Source: a virus
Lineage: Duplodnaviria; Caudoviricetes
Strand: one strand, 5' to 3'
IMG/VR virus record: IMGVR_UViG_3300017719_000111
Location: 1-29,718 of that record
DNA: 29,718 nucleotides
Under the pieces are notes generated by a model that was not told where the DNA came from, searched no databases, and saw only the letters and a list, made by a program, of their open reading frames with translations. The first letter of the stretch is position 1, and the number at the start of each line of letters is the position of its first letter. Shown here piece by piece: positions 8,707 to 20,300 of this stretch. The translations under genes and the position numbers were made by a program.

Positions 8707-10727
8707 TATGCTGTTACTCCGTGATATATAATAAAGTTCAATGCCAAGAACGGGTTAACAACATTCACTGGCGTATTTTGTAAATCAATAACACCACCAC
8801 TTGTTTCTAGTCTTGTTCCTGCTCCAGATATATCACCATTGGTTGGTACACTATCTGTTCCTGTGTAGGTTGCTGTTGTAGCTGCATAATACTGGTTGCC
8901 GTCGCCGTCTTCTAAGTCATGTTTGTGTTCTGGTAAGTTTTCTTGTTGAATAGTTACGTCGGTGCTACCGCCGGTACTACCCAAGTTTCCAGTTGTTATT
9001 GCACTTGCTGATAATGCCCTTCCTGACAATGTAGGATCAGTTGACATTAATGGTAATTGTCCTCTTAAATCAGGAACTCTAAAAAAGCCAGTTGTTGCTG
9101 GATTTCCATAATACCATGTGCTACTGTTTGCAGGATTAAATCCTAACGCATCAGCTAATTCTGTATATGTTGTTCTATCGTATTCATCGCCATCGCAAAT
9201 AAACCATCCTGTAGGTGCTGTTGGACCACCGAACATGATAATTGTACCTACTGGCATTGTGTCAATACTACCAATTAGTTGATCAGGTGTTGCTTTTGCT
9301 AGTACGCCGCCTTGGTTAATTAAAACTTCGTCTGTTGCTCTGTTTACACTAGTAGCTGTTGTCTGATCTGAAATAATTGCAGGAGCAGCCTGTGTTCCAA
9401 AAGATTTTGTACTACCGCCTGTCTGTCCATCAAATACAAAACTATTACTAGTAATTTGTCCTGTCATTGAAAATGTAGTAGCACTATTTAATTTGGCTGT
9501 ACTGCCTGCTGTTCCACTTACATTACCTGTCACATTACCTGTTAAATTTCCTGTAATTCTATTTGCAAATAATGTGTCAAATGGTAAAACAGTTGAACCT
9601 ATATTTCTAGTATTTGCAATATCTGGAAGCAAGTTAGCTAGTGTAATATTTCCATCAACTACAGCATTACCGCCTACATTTATGTTTTTTGCAACACCAA
9701 TTCCGCCAGCAACTTTTAAAGCACCAGTAGTTGGGTTGTTGCTTTCTGTTGTTCCGTTTACAATAACTGTACTATCAGTTTTTATATTACCAACTACATC
9801 TAAACTTTCTGTAGGATTTAAATTGTTTACACCAATATTTGTATTGCTTTTTATTCTAAATGGAACTACAAATGTACCATTATTATTTACACGGAAATCT
9901 AAAGGTGCTCCAGGTATTGTATTTTCAAGTATACCGTTGTTTCCTTCAACTAGCATACTAATTGTTTTTGCATTTCCTACTTCAATACCTTGGTTAGCTT
10001 TAATTTGTAGTTTTTCACTAACTTGGTTTACAATATTATTTCGCATAAAGTTGGATGCAGGTATAGTTGCACCGCTAATTAATAAATTTTCTGCTAAATT
10101 TGCTGTACCATTAAATTTTGCATCATTTAAACTTTTGTTAAAATTTATCCCTACTTTAAATGGCGTTGAGCTACTATATCCTGCAAAAGGTGTCTTTGGA
10201 GAAAACTCAATTCTAGTGTAAATTGTGACAGGAATATCTTCAATATAATTAATAATAACTGTTCTAATATTACTAGCTGTATCAACTATTTCTTCAACTA
10301 ATGCTCCGCTTTTGTTGCCGTCGCTATAGTTAGGACCTATAAGCAACCAGCCGCTGCCTGTGTACAAATAAAGTTGACTAGTGCTAGTGTTTACCCAAAG
10401 GTCGCCTTTGACACTATTTGTTAATTCTGGTTCAAAACTTCCTTTTTTAAGACCGCCTGCTGCTACCCAGTTTGTACCATCGTATATTTTTAATTGATCT
10501 ATTTCTTGTGTTGTATCGTACCATAACTGTCCTTCAACTGGATTAGCAGGAGGATTAGCATTAGCAAAATTTTCTAGCAAATGTAAAAAGTTTTCATTAA
10601 CACTTTGGCCATAGTCGGTTGTTAGTCTGCCTGGTAATTTTACACTAGTTTCAGTATTAATGCTTTGATCTTCTACTGTAATGTTGCCTTTGTTTGCTTC
10701 ATCAGTAAACGGAATATTGTATGGCAT
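8706..10727 (-). CDS. Tail fibre protein with a phage tail-collar domain (T4 gp12 short-fibre-like C-terminus)
   Basis: Has the shared N-terminus. The collar signature is MPVGTIIMFGGPTAPTGWFICDG...FRVPDLRG (about 9257-9060), followed by a tip with NLPEHKH (HxH) and the terminal NPFLALNFII. TAATG coupling to the upstream gene. Confidence 0.88.
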   Translation of the reverse strand: MPYNIPFTDEANKGNITVEDQSINTETSVKLPGRLTTDYGQSVNENFLHLLENFANANPPANPVEGQLWYDTTQEIDQLKIYDGTNWVAAGGLKKGSFEPELTNSVKGDLWVNTSTSQLYLYTGSGWLLIGPNYSDGNKSGALVEEIVDTASNIRTVIINYIEDIPVTIYTRIEFSPKTPFAGYSSSTPFKVGINFNKSLNDAKFNGTANLAENLLISGATIPASNFMRNNIVNQVSEKLQIKANQGIEVGNAKTISMLVEGNNGILENTIPGAPLDFRVNNNGTFVVPFRIKSNTNIGVNNLNPTESLDVVGNIKTDSTVIVNGTTESNNPTTGALKVAGGIGVAKNINVGGNAVVDGNITLANLLPDIANTRNIGSTVLPFDTLFANRITGNLTGNVTGNVSGTAGSTAKLNSATTFSMTGQITSNSFVFDGQTGGSTKSFGTQAAPAIISDQTTATSVNRATDEVLINQGGVLAKATPDQLIGSIDTMPVGTIIMFGGPTAPTGWFICDGDEYDRTTYTELADALGFNPANSSTWYYGNPATTGFFRVPDLRGQLPLMSTDPTLSGRALSASAITTGNLGSTGGSTDVTIQQENLPEHKHDLEDGDGNQYYAATTATYTGTDSVPTNGDISGAGTRLETSGGVIDLQNTPVNVVNPFLALNFIIYHGVTA
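9505..9560 (-). repeat. Short coding tandem repeat with 12-bp period (ITGN-LTGN-VTGN-VSGT) in the fibre shaft
   Basis: The plus strand contains acattacctgtcacattacctgttaaatttcctgtaatt. Four-residue xTGN repeats are typical of trimeric fibre shafts. Confidence 0.6.
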
Positions 10728-11329
10728 TAGGTATTACCCCCACTTAAACTTTGGACTCTTACAGTATAATCAATTTGTATTAATCTGTTAAGTGATTTTT
10801 GCACAGGATGGAAAATTACGTGTGTAAGCAATCGTCCTGATCCACTAGGTGAATATCCAACTAATCCTAGTTCGTCAAAAACAAACTGTTGTTCAGTATC
10901 AGCAGCAGTATCAAATGCATCTTGCCCATCTGGCTCGCCATAATCAAGTAATGCACTAACTACAATATCTGTATAATTTGTACCAGTCACATGTCGTGTT
11001 TCAATTTTATTACGCTGCGGATCAACGTTGTTAACAGAACGGTCGTCAACAACTTTTGAATATGTTTGGTTATACAAACTTGCATTTGTTCCTGTTGAGT
11101 TTGGTGTTAAGTATGTTATAATACCTGTTGGATCAACACTAGTACCTCCATTTCCAAACGCCATTTCGTAGATAAATCCTTCGCCGGCATTACCTAAACT
11201 TTCTGCAAGGCTGATACTCATATTTTCATAATGAATAGCATTACGCTTGTTTATAAATACGTGTCCAGAATCTGGATTGTGTATTTTTATATGTCCTTCA
11301 ATGTGTACACCACTTTGTTCATTAATCAT
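10727..11329 (-). CDS. Putative baseplate/fibre-attachment protein (200 aa), DUF3751-like
   Basis: The pattern IYEMAFGNGG...ASLYNQ...FDELGL...GRLLTHVIFHPVQK...IDYTVRV resembles the baseplate-proximal domain of P2 gpH-type fibres. It lies between the wedge and fibre genes. Confidence 0.65.
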   Translation of the reverse strand: MINEQSGVHIEGHIKIHNPDSGHVFINKRNAIHYENMSISLAESLGNAGEGFIYEMAFGNGGTSVDPTGIITYLTPNSTGTNASLYNQTYSKVVDDRSVNNVDPQRNKIETRHVTGTNYTDIVVSALLDYGEPDGQDAFDTAADTEQQFVFDELGLVGYSPSGSGRLLTHVIFHPVQKSLNRLIQIDYTVRVQSLSGGNT

Positions 11330-11353
11330 TGTTTTTGTTCCGTTCCTATAGTG

Positions 11354-11361
11354 TATTTATC
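11354..11361 (-). promoter_or_regulatory. T4-late-like promoter box (GATAAATA-CACTATA) overlapping the stop codon of the giant gene
   Basis: The minus strand reads CGA TAA ATACACTATAGGAACGGAACAAAAACAATG. Confidence 0.6.
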
Positions 11362-14300
11362 GTGGTAGCGATATTGTTTTGTCTGTTATAAATTTGCATA
11401 TTTGATTTTCGCTATCTGCAATTGTTTTGCCTTGTTCTGACCAAACTCTGCCTGTTTTTCTTACAACTTCAACTAAAGTTCCATCTGCAGGGGGATTAAG
11501 ATAATCTGCAAGATAAATTGCTGTCACTGTAGCTTCACCAAATATAATGGTTTCCATTGTATATTCAGGTGCAATTGTAATATCGCCTTCTGGTGAGTCT
11601 TGATCTTTTGTAGGATCAAACGATGTTATTACATCTTTGCGTAATTTTATACCGCCTAAATAAACATCAAATTCATTAACGCTAGTAGGTATCCAATCTA
11701 ACAAGAATTGTTTTGTACTACTATCACCTACATATTTTGTTTTATATATTTCATCTTTGTAAGGAATATTTTCTTCTATGCCTTGTCCGATTACTTTTGT
11801 ATTCACAGCGTATGTTTCTTTAATACCTGTGCCTAATGTACCTCTACGAATTTGACGTAGCTGGTTGTTGTCAACCGCAAAATACTCAATACGCTCTTTG
11901 TCAATATAAACTACACCCGGTAAACCAATTGCTCTGTTTGGAGATTGAATACCTGTTGCATCTTTTAATTGAATTGTTTGATCATAGTAATTTAATGGCT
12001 GCTGTAATTCATACTCGTTGTCTTTGTTAAGACGCTTGTAATGGAATCTATTGAGCATATCTTTAAATATTCTATATCCAAATTTTGGCTTACTAACAGG
12101 TGCTGCAAATTGTAGTACATCAATTGTATCATTTGGATCAACCTTTTCATACATTTGAACTCCGTCTTTTTTATCTACAATCTTATAATCTTTTTGTGGT
12201 ACAAGTATAATGCCATTTTTAAACACCCAAACATAATTTGCACTTATTGCAGGTTTTTGTAATTTTACATATCCAGTACTCAACAAGTTTTTATCAATAT
12301 ATTCTTGTGTTCCTTCTGGTGCTTGGTTAGTATTCCAAACTACATCATAACTGTTTCTTTCAAGTTCATTTATATCGTGATTACTAAATGTATAGATATC
12401 TACTGTTTCCCAATCTTCAGGAGTTTCTAGTAAACAAAGAACATCTGTTTCTTGTAATCTAACTTCTTCAATTTCTAAATTCTGTGTGCTGTCGTCTCCT
12501 GCAATCATTGCAGGTGTAGAATCAGTACTCTTTAAATCAAATAAATCTCTTACATAGCCTTGAAGTTCAATTATAGCATCATTTTCGCCGCTGTATTTAA
12601 AACTTTCAACTCTTGCATTTACAACTGTACTATCGTCAGTTAGTGCAAATGCTACATCTGTACCTTGAGGAATTTGTGCAAGAGCACTACCTCCTTTGAC
12701 AACTGCTATTGTATTAAAGAAGAAATATTCAGCATCTCTAATTATGAAAATTTCTAGTAAATCTCCTGGCAAACCGATATTATTGGATAGTATTTCTACA
12801 CGGCCATTCAGTGGATCATAATTCCATAATGTTTCTGCTAAGACTTCTCCATTTAGGTATATTACAACATCGCTACTATTCACTAGTGTTGTGTCTTCAA
12901 ACTGCCAAGCATCGATATCATAATCACGTTGTATAGTCATTATGTAAGATTTTCTATACCCTGGATTTAAGAATTTACTTCCTTTAGAACGCTGTACAAG
13001 TATGTTATGCGAGTATGGTTTTTTAACAAACGGTAAAGCAACATCATTATCAAATCTATGAACACGATTGTCGCCGTCTACAGTCATTGTTTTATCAATT
13101 ACCATTTCGCTAAATTGATTTATGTTTGCACTATAAACAGTATACCCAATTACAGTATTTGCACTCGGTGCAGTAGGAAATTCAATTACACCAAAACCAG
13201 CGTCATTTGTATCATAACCATACTGTGTGGCTGGTTCTTGTTTTACACCGTTTAGTGTGACAAATGTACTTTGTTCTGTTGTAAATCTAATAGGTAATTC
13301 AAAAGTTCTTGAATTACCTGTTGATATAATATTATCACTATCGATAATATCAACACCGTTAGTTCCTATACTTAAAATACTAAGATTCTTGCCAGCTTCT
13401 ATTACTGTACTATCACCTAATGCAATGTATTTGTTTTCATAATCTACTACTAGGTCGCTGTTTGGAATTACCTCACCATCTATGGTCACTATAATTGTTT
13501 TTTCAGTCTGTGGAAATAAGTCAAAATTCCAGTTTAGTGTATTTCCGTCTGTAATATAATTCCTTACAGCAATAATACCCTGACCTTGGCTAACTCTATT
13601 ATATATTGTCATATCTAATGTGTCAAGTACTTGTCCTGGAACTTGTTCTTCTGGGCCTTTTGATGTTGTTTCTGTGACAAATCCATCGCCGTCAACAGTA
13701 ATTTCTGCCGGATCGATACCAAGTGCCGAAGTATTTTCAAATGTACCGCCTCTTAAACTTACATCAAATGCTGTGCTTTCTGGAGTAAACGATCCGTCAC
13801 TTGTGCTCTTACGCACTATAACAACATCGTCCATTTGCGTTGTAATCACATCGCTATCTAAGAAAACATTCTTTGTAATACCATCACCTACAGGCGATAC
13901 CATTTTAGCATTTGGATTTGTGCCAGGTAGAGGATAACTAGGATCATCTATTCTTACATTGTTTAAGTATACGTTATAAACAACTCCGGCTTCTAATTCT
14001 GTGGATAGACTTACAGTTTGTGTACTACCATCTAAAACAATAATTTCATCTTCGTTAGCAGTATCATATGAATCAAAGTCTACGCCAAAACCTTGTAGGT
14101 CCCAACCTAGGCTTTCACCGAAGTCAATACTATCCATTTGCACACCACTGTAATCAATGCCATCCATAAGTTGTGCTAAGTCTTTGCCTGGCATACCTGT
14201 AGTTGGATTGTAGAAGAAATTAATTCTGTCTGCTGCTGTAAGTAAGTCTGTAGACTTTTTATAATTAATTACAACTTCTGCATTGTTTGCTGGTGCTGTT

Positions 14301-17300
14301 GTAAAAGAAATTTTACCTTTGTATCTTTCAAAACTTCTTGTTTTATCAAGTTCATTTGACGAAGTGTAATCACTGATTAATTGTTCTACTCCGCCTACTG
14401 TAATAGTTAAATCAGCAGAACGAGTGCTTAGAGGCCATTTTAAGTTAAAGTCTGTTGAGCCGCCATTGCCTAAGAATGTTTCTGTTTCGTCTAATGTAGT
14501 AAACAAATAACTACCAGTCACTCTATCAAACTTCATACGCATGTGCGTATTGCGCACAAGGTTATTTCCTATAATTGCATACACAATTGCTTCTCTACCG
14601 TCTTCATTTAAACTTCCGTTTATTGTGACAGTAGGTGTGTTAAAGTATTTTGCACCTACAGTATCAACTTCGATAAAGTTAATAGTGTTGCCGCCTAAGT
14701 ATGCCGATCCTTCTAATGTAGGACCACCGCCGCCACTAACAGTGACGTTTGCAGTATTAGTATAGCCGCTACCGCCGTCAAAAATAACAAATTCTTTTAT
14801 TTCAAAGCCAACGTTGTCATACCAATTACGATTAGGATATGTTAATACACTTGTAGGAACATTTACAAGTTGATTGTTAACAAACTGTATTGCCGATGGA
14901 ACAACTTTGCCTAATTCTGAATCATAACTAGGAGGTAAATCAAAGTCAGTGACATTTGTTTGAGTAGGATCTACTTTTTCATATGCACTTATATATTCAC
15001 GAACCTTTGCACTAAATGGTTTTACTTCATTTATATACTCTTGATAATTAGGTAAGTTATCATTTTGATATGTTATTTTTTGTTGCAATTCTCCAACATT
15101 GTGTTTAGCAGTGACAAAGCTAGATTTGAATATCCAATCAACATCTACTTGCTCGCTTATTGCATAACGAACACTACTAAAGAAAAGTTTATTCCATTCT
15201 ACTTCTAATTGATCAACAAATAAGTTTTCTTCAATTGCTTTAAGAATGATTTTAATTTCTTCACTTGGTTCTCTATCATAAAAACTTGTATCGTAAATTT
15301 GCTTGTCATAACCAACACTTTCATTTTGATACAATTGGCTACTTAAACAAATTGTACCATTTTGCCTACCTATACTTTTGTAGTTTACAGTGTAGTCAAC
15401 ATTTTGTTGATTGTCAATTTTTTCTAGTAATAACCAACCACCAGTTCCGATTGTTTCAATTTTTACTACACTACCAATTCTATCTGGTGTTGCTTCTAGT
15501 GCATAAGCACCTGGTATAATAAAGTTGATTGCAGTTTCTGCATTGTAGCCTTCAGCATACCAATCTTTATAATCCCAATAAAGACTAACATCGTAGTCTT
15601 GTATTTGATTTCTAAACCATTCGCCTGTACTACTAATCCAATTGTATACTGCCCAGAACCCGCCAATGTCACTGTCGTTTTTAACAAGCACACTAAACGG
15701 ACGTACAATCAACACTGTGTTATCTAAATAATTTTTACCACTGTTTACTATTTCTACATCTACAATCTGACCTAAGTTGTTAATATAAGTTTTTAATTCA
15801 GCATCTGTACCTGTGCCTTCGATTGTGACTGTAGGACCATGTCTTGTACTACCTGTGGTATAATTGCTATCAATATAGCCTCTACCCGAATTAGTAATTG
15901 AAACTTCTGTAATTCTGCCATCAACAATAGTAGGTGTAAGAACTGCTTGAGAAATTTTTGCAGTACCTATAAATCTTAATAAAGATTCACTGTCTATTTC
16001 TGTATCCCAAAGATTACTAAACTTGCTAGGAGCTGGATCAGCTTGCAATAAAGGAGAAATATCAAATTCGTCAACAACCACATATTCGTTTAAGATTCCG
16101 TTTACTCTTTCGATTATTTGTTTTAGTGCTTCTTTTCTGTTTACAAACATACTTTGATTTGGTTCGTTTAAAATACCAAATCTTCTTGCAATACTAACTC
16201 TAGTATCAGGCAACTGAATATTTTGTTCGTTATAACCAACTAAACTATCTACCCACTTGGCAACAAGATCGCTGTTAGGTTTACTACTTGCCAACCCTTC
16301 AGTTAACAAATGATATTCACTATGAATATTATCATCACGATCTTCAGTGGTATAATAATCAATATGTAATACAGTATCTTTGTCTTTAATTAAATTTCTT
16401 ACATTGTGTAAGGCAAAGTTTTTACTATCAAACAAGTTTACAAATCTATATCCCTGACCTGCAGGATCTCTAATTAAGTTTTCAACATCTAACGCTGAAA
16501 TTTTTCTACCGTATGTGTTAGGTAAAGTTGTTTTAGATTTTACCCAGAAATAATATCTAGATGCTGCTACACCTGTAATTGGATCATAAGAATTTTGTAT
16601 TGTATATGTTTCGTCTCCGTATAAACTTAAACCACTTATACCTTCTGATAAACCTTCAGTTGTATCGGCAATACTATCCCATTCGCTTGGTAAGTAGTTG
16701 CTTTCAACCCATTCATAAATGTCAACATCATATCCTGGAATTAACTGGTTCCAATTATTTGTTTTGTACTGGATATCTCCAGTGTATGGATTATACCACC
16801 TTACAGTAGTAAGATTCCACCACAATTTTCCAACATAATTAGTTGACCATAAATCTTTATCACCTGTGTTAGTTGATCCTGTATTGTAAACTGCTGGATC
16901 ATAATACAGTTTATAACTTAATTCTTGTTCTGCTGGCCCGGCAATACGTCCTTGTATAGGATCAATATAATCTATATAACTAATTAGATCTTTAGTCTTA
17001 GTATCATATAGCCACACGCCTTTGATTTTGCTTAAATCTACAAAAGGATCTACACTGCTGTTTATAGTCCATGCAGTTTTGCCAATATCTGATCTATAAT
17101 CTTGTATAATTCCTTTATTGTTTGTGCTATCTGCAAGTATATTTGTTAAGTCCTGTGCAGGAGCAACAACATACAAATGATTTCTATTTAAATATCCGTA
17201 TGCATTTTTTGCTCCAGAGATGTCAGTACTTGAATATAATTTTTCTGAGTAGATTAATTTATTGCTTATATTTTCAAACATATAAACTTGGTTATTATCT

Positions 17301-20300
17301 TCTACAGTATCTACAATATTAGTAGCTGCATTATCAAATATTGTTTCTCCGTTGTCAAATTCTAATGCAAAATTAGTATCGCCGTTTTCACTTGTGACAG
17401 CAAGTCTGTTATCATCTAAAACTACATAAACACCAAATCTATTGTTTTTCTCACCATCGGGTGCATATAATTGTTGATCTAATTCAAATTGCTGATTAGC
17501 TAGTTTATAAACATAAACTTTACCATTTAAAATGCCTTTATCTTTTGAATTAGGAGCACCAATAGCAAGTTTGTTTCCTACACTATTTAAAGAAATACTA
17601 TAACCAAAATATTCATCATCAACTGGACCATCAATGTTTTGATCAAATACATACCTGTTGTTTTCTTTTCTGTAAATTGCAACTCTGTATTCGTCGCCGG
17701 CTAAAATACCAGATAGTGCAATTACTTCGCCATTTGCACTTATATCATATGTGACACCAATATCTGTTGCTAATCCAAATCCGCTACTATCCTCGTTGTA
17801 AAGATCAGTAGTGCTAGTTAGATCGCTAGTTATGTATCCAGTGTAATCTACAAATGTATCTAAAAGGTTCCAAGAATCTGTATCAAAAGTATTGCCTGCA
17901 AACACTGTTTGGTTAGCTTGATATAGTTCACCGTCGTAGTATACAATTTCATTCTCGATGTATTTTGCAATTGTTTGCCATTCGCCTCTATAACTAGGAT
18001 CAATATTATATTCATATTCTTCTATATTATCGACACCGAGATTGTTAATAATATAAACTCTACCATTATCGGCTAAACTTCTTACATATAAACTATGATC
18101 AAAGTCACCTGGGCTAACTGCTTTTATACCAAGTCCAAACTTTTCATTTTCGCCAGGCGCACTACTGCATATAATATCTATTAGCTCAAAACTATTATCT
18201 ATTAATTTTTTGTAAATGTATACAACACCTTGATCGTTGTATCCCAGATTAGTTGCCGACGGATCTGCTGTAATCATGTTTACACGCTGCCAGTCCTGGC
18301 TTTCTAAATTAATTGTGCTACTTTCTACTGTCACAGTTCTTAAGGCCTGCCATAGCACACCTTTGCTGCTAACAATATCAGCTTGCTGGTATTCTTGTAA
18401 AGGATCTAATGCACCTTTGTATCTTGATTTAACATTACTTGCAGTAGGAGCACCAACATACAAATATTGTCCGTTTGGTGTAATTGAAACACTGCTACCA
18501 AAATCACCTTTACTATGATATTGAGGCTGAGGCTGTAATGTTTGTTTAACTGTAAACGGAATAGCATCACTGCTTCTTGTATAAATGTAAACTCTACCGT
18601 CATCAATATCAGGTGTGCCAACTGCCATTATAGTATTATTAAAACTTGCAGAAACACTTCTACCGTATTCGTTGCTGTTTTCCTCAGGTGCAGTAATATC
18701 TTGTAATTTATTGCGTATTACATTTCTGTCATACACTGCACTTACGCCATCACCAATATCGTCTATCCAAATTCTATCGTTTGCATTTAAGTCATATGCT
18801 TGTAAAATTAAATTAGACTCTGATGGCTCAGATACTCTACGTATACAGAATTCAGATACAATACCTAGTGTACTATCTTCTACATCTATAACACTTTCGC
18901 TAATAGGATTATCAGTTTCAATTTCTATATTTGGCTGAGAAATTGTACCGTCTGTATTGTAAACAATATTTCTTTGCACATTAGTGACCAACCAAAACCC
19001 ATTTACATCAGGATGTATATTGTTTACACCAATAACCGAATCTTCATCAAACTCAATAGGTTTGTTAAAATACATTTTAAAGCCAAGTTCTGTGCTTTCT
19101 ACTTTTGTAATAGAAATATCAGATATCATATGCCTATACATTGCCCAGGTATTTAAATCCTTTGTGACCCATACATAATTTCCAATATCAACTGAATCAA
19201 TATCTACCGTTAAAATATCTTCAATTGTTTTTGCAAGGAAATTAATTTGATCTAATTTTACATATCCTGCTGTTTTAGTATATTCATTTACTGCATTTTG
19301 AGTTGGCAAAAATCCTGTGTCATAATTTGCTGGAGCAATTAATACATCAGATTTTGGAAACTGGTAAACTAGATCGGTTCTTGTTTGATCTACTTGATTT
19401 ACTAGCTGCATAGTTTGAGGTTCAATTCTAAATTGCTTTTCGTCTAATTTAAATTCAACTTCATCAAAACTTTTTAGTGCTCCGTATTGTCCAACACGTA
19501 TTGCCCATTCTTCGAATAATTCAATACTATCTTTATTAGCACTGCCTAATTTATCAAACAATTTAGTTATACTATTTGCAGTACCTTTGTCTTGAATAAA
19601 TCCTTGGTAGAATTTGTACTGACTAACATCGTCTTGAATAATATTAGATAGATAACCACGTTTTTGATAACCGATTAAATGTTGTGCTAGTCGTTGTTGT
19701 TCTGCATCAAAGTTGTCAGTATCTAAGTCGTAAAAATCTGCAAACTGATTTGCTCTATAGTCCCAGTTTGGCTGTAATTGATTTTCAGGCTTACTAGGTA
19801 AACGATTCCACAAATCAAAGTCAAAGTTTTCAGTACCGCTGTGTGTAAATTGTGCAGCATAATAGAATTCTTTAAACTTTATTAATTCGCCAACAGTGTA
19901 ATCTTTATATGATTTCCATTCTGTAATACGTGCATCATCATATAAAAATCCTGGAATATTTAAACTACCGTTCCATTCGTCGGTTCTATAACCTACTACC
20001 TTTAAACGCTGCTGTCTATATCCGGTACTTAGACTATAAATTGTATCATTGAATACTGTAGTGTTGTCAATAAACACTACGTGTTCTTTTTGTATAAGTG
20101 GTAATTTTAATAAAAATATTCCATCTTCAGTTGAAGTTAATTGGAAGTTATTAATATTATCTCTATATACATTAAAAAATGATCTATTTAATTTCTTACC
20201 GTTTTGATTTAAAATTTGATAGTTATAAAAGCTATCAAACACATCATCAACAACATAATATTCTTTTGAAAATAAAACATTATTTGCCGATGGACTTAGA

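Noticed and set aside
9493-10221. 242-aa plus-strand ORF and the other plus-strand ORFs in the track (e.g. 7172..7504, 13620..13937, 27491..27868)
   Set aside because: These are antisense shadows of minus-strand genes. They have mirror-codon composition (Val/Leu/Pro/Phe-rich) and no recognisable motifs.
5268-10727. Diversity-generating retroelement or invertible shufflon acting on the fibre tips
   Set aside because: No reverse transcriptase, invertase, near-identical template/variable repeat pair or inverted crossover sites were seen. Similarity among the fibres is at the protein level and diverged.
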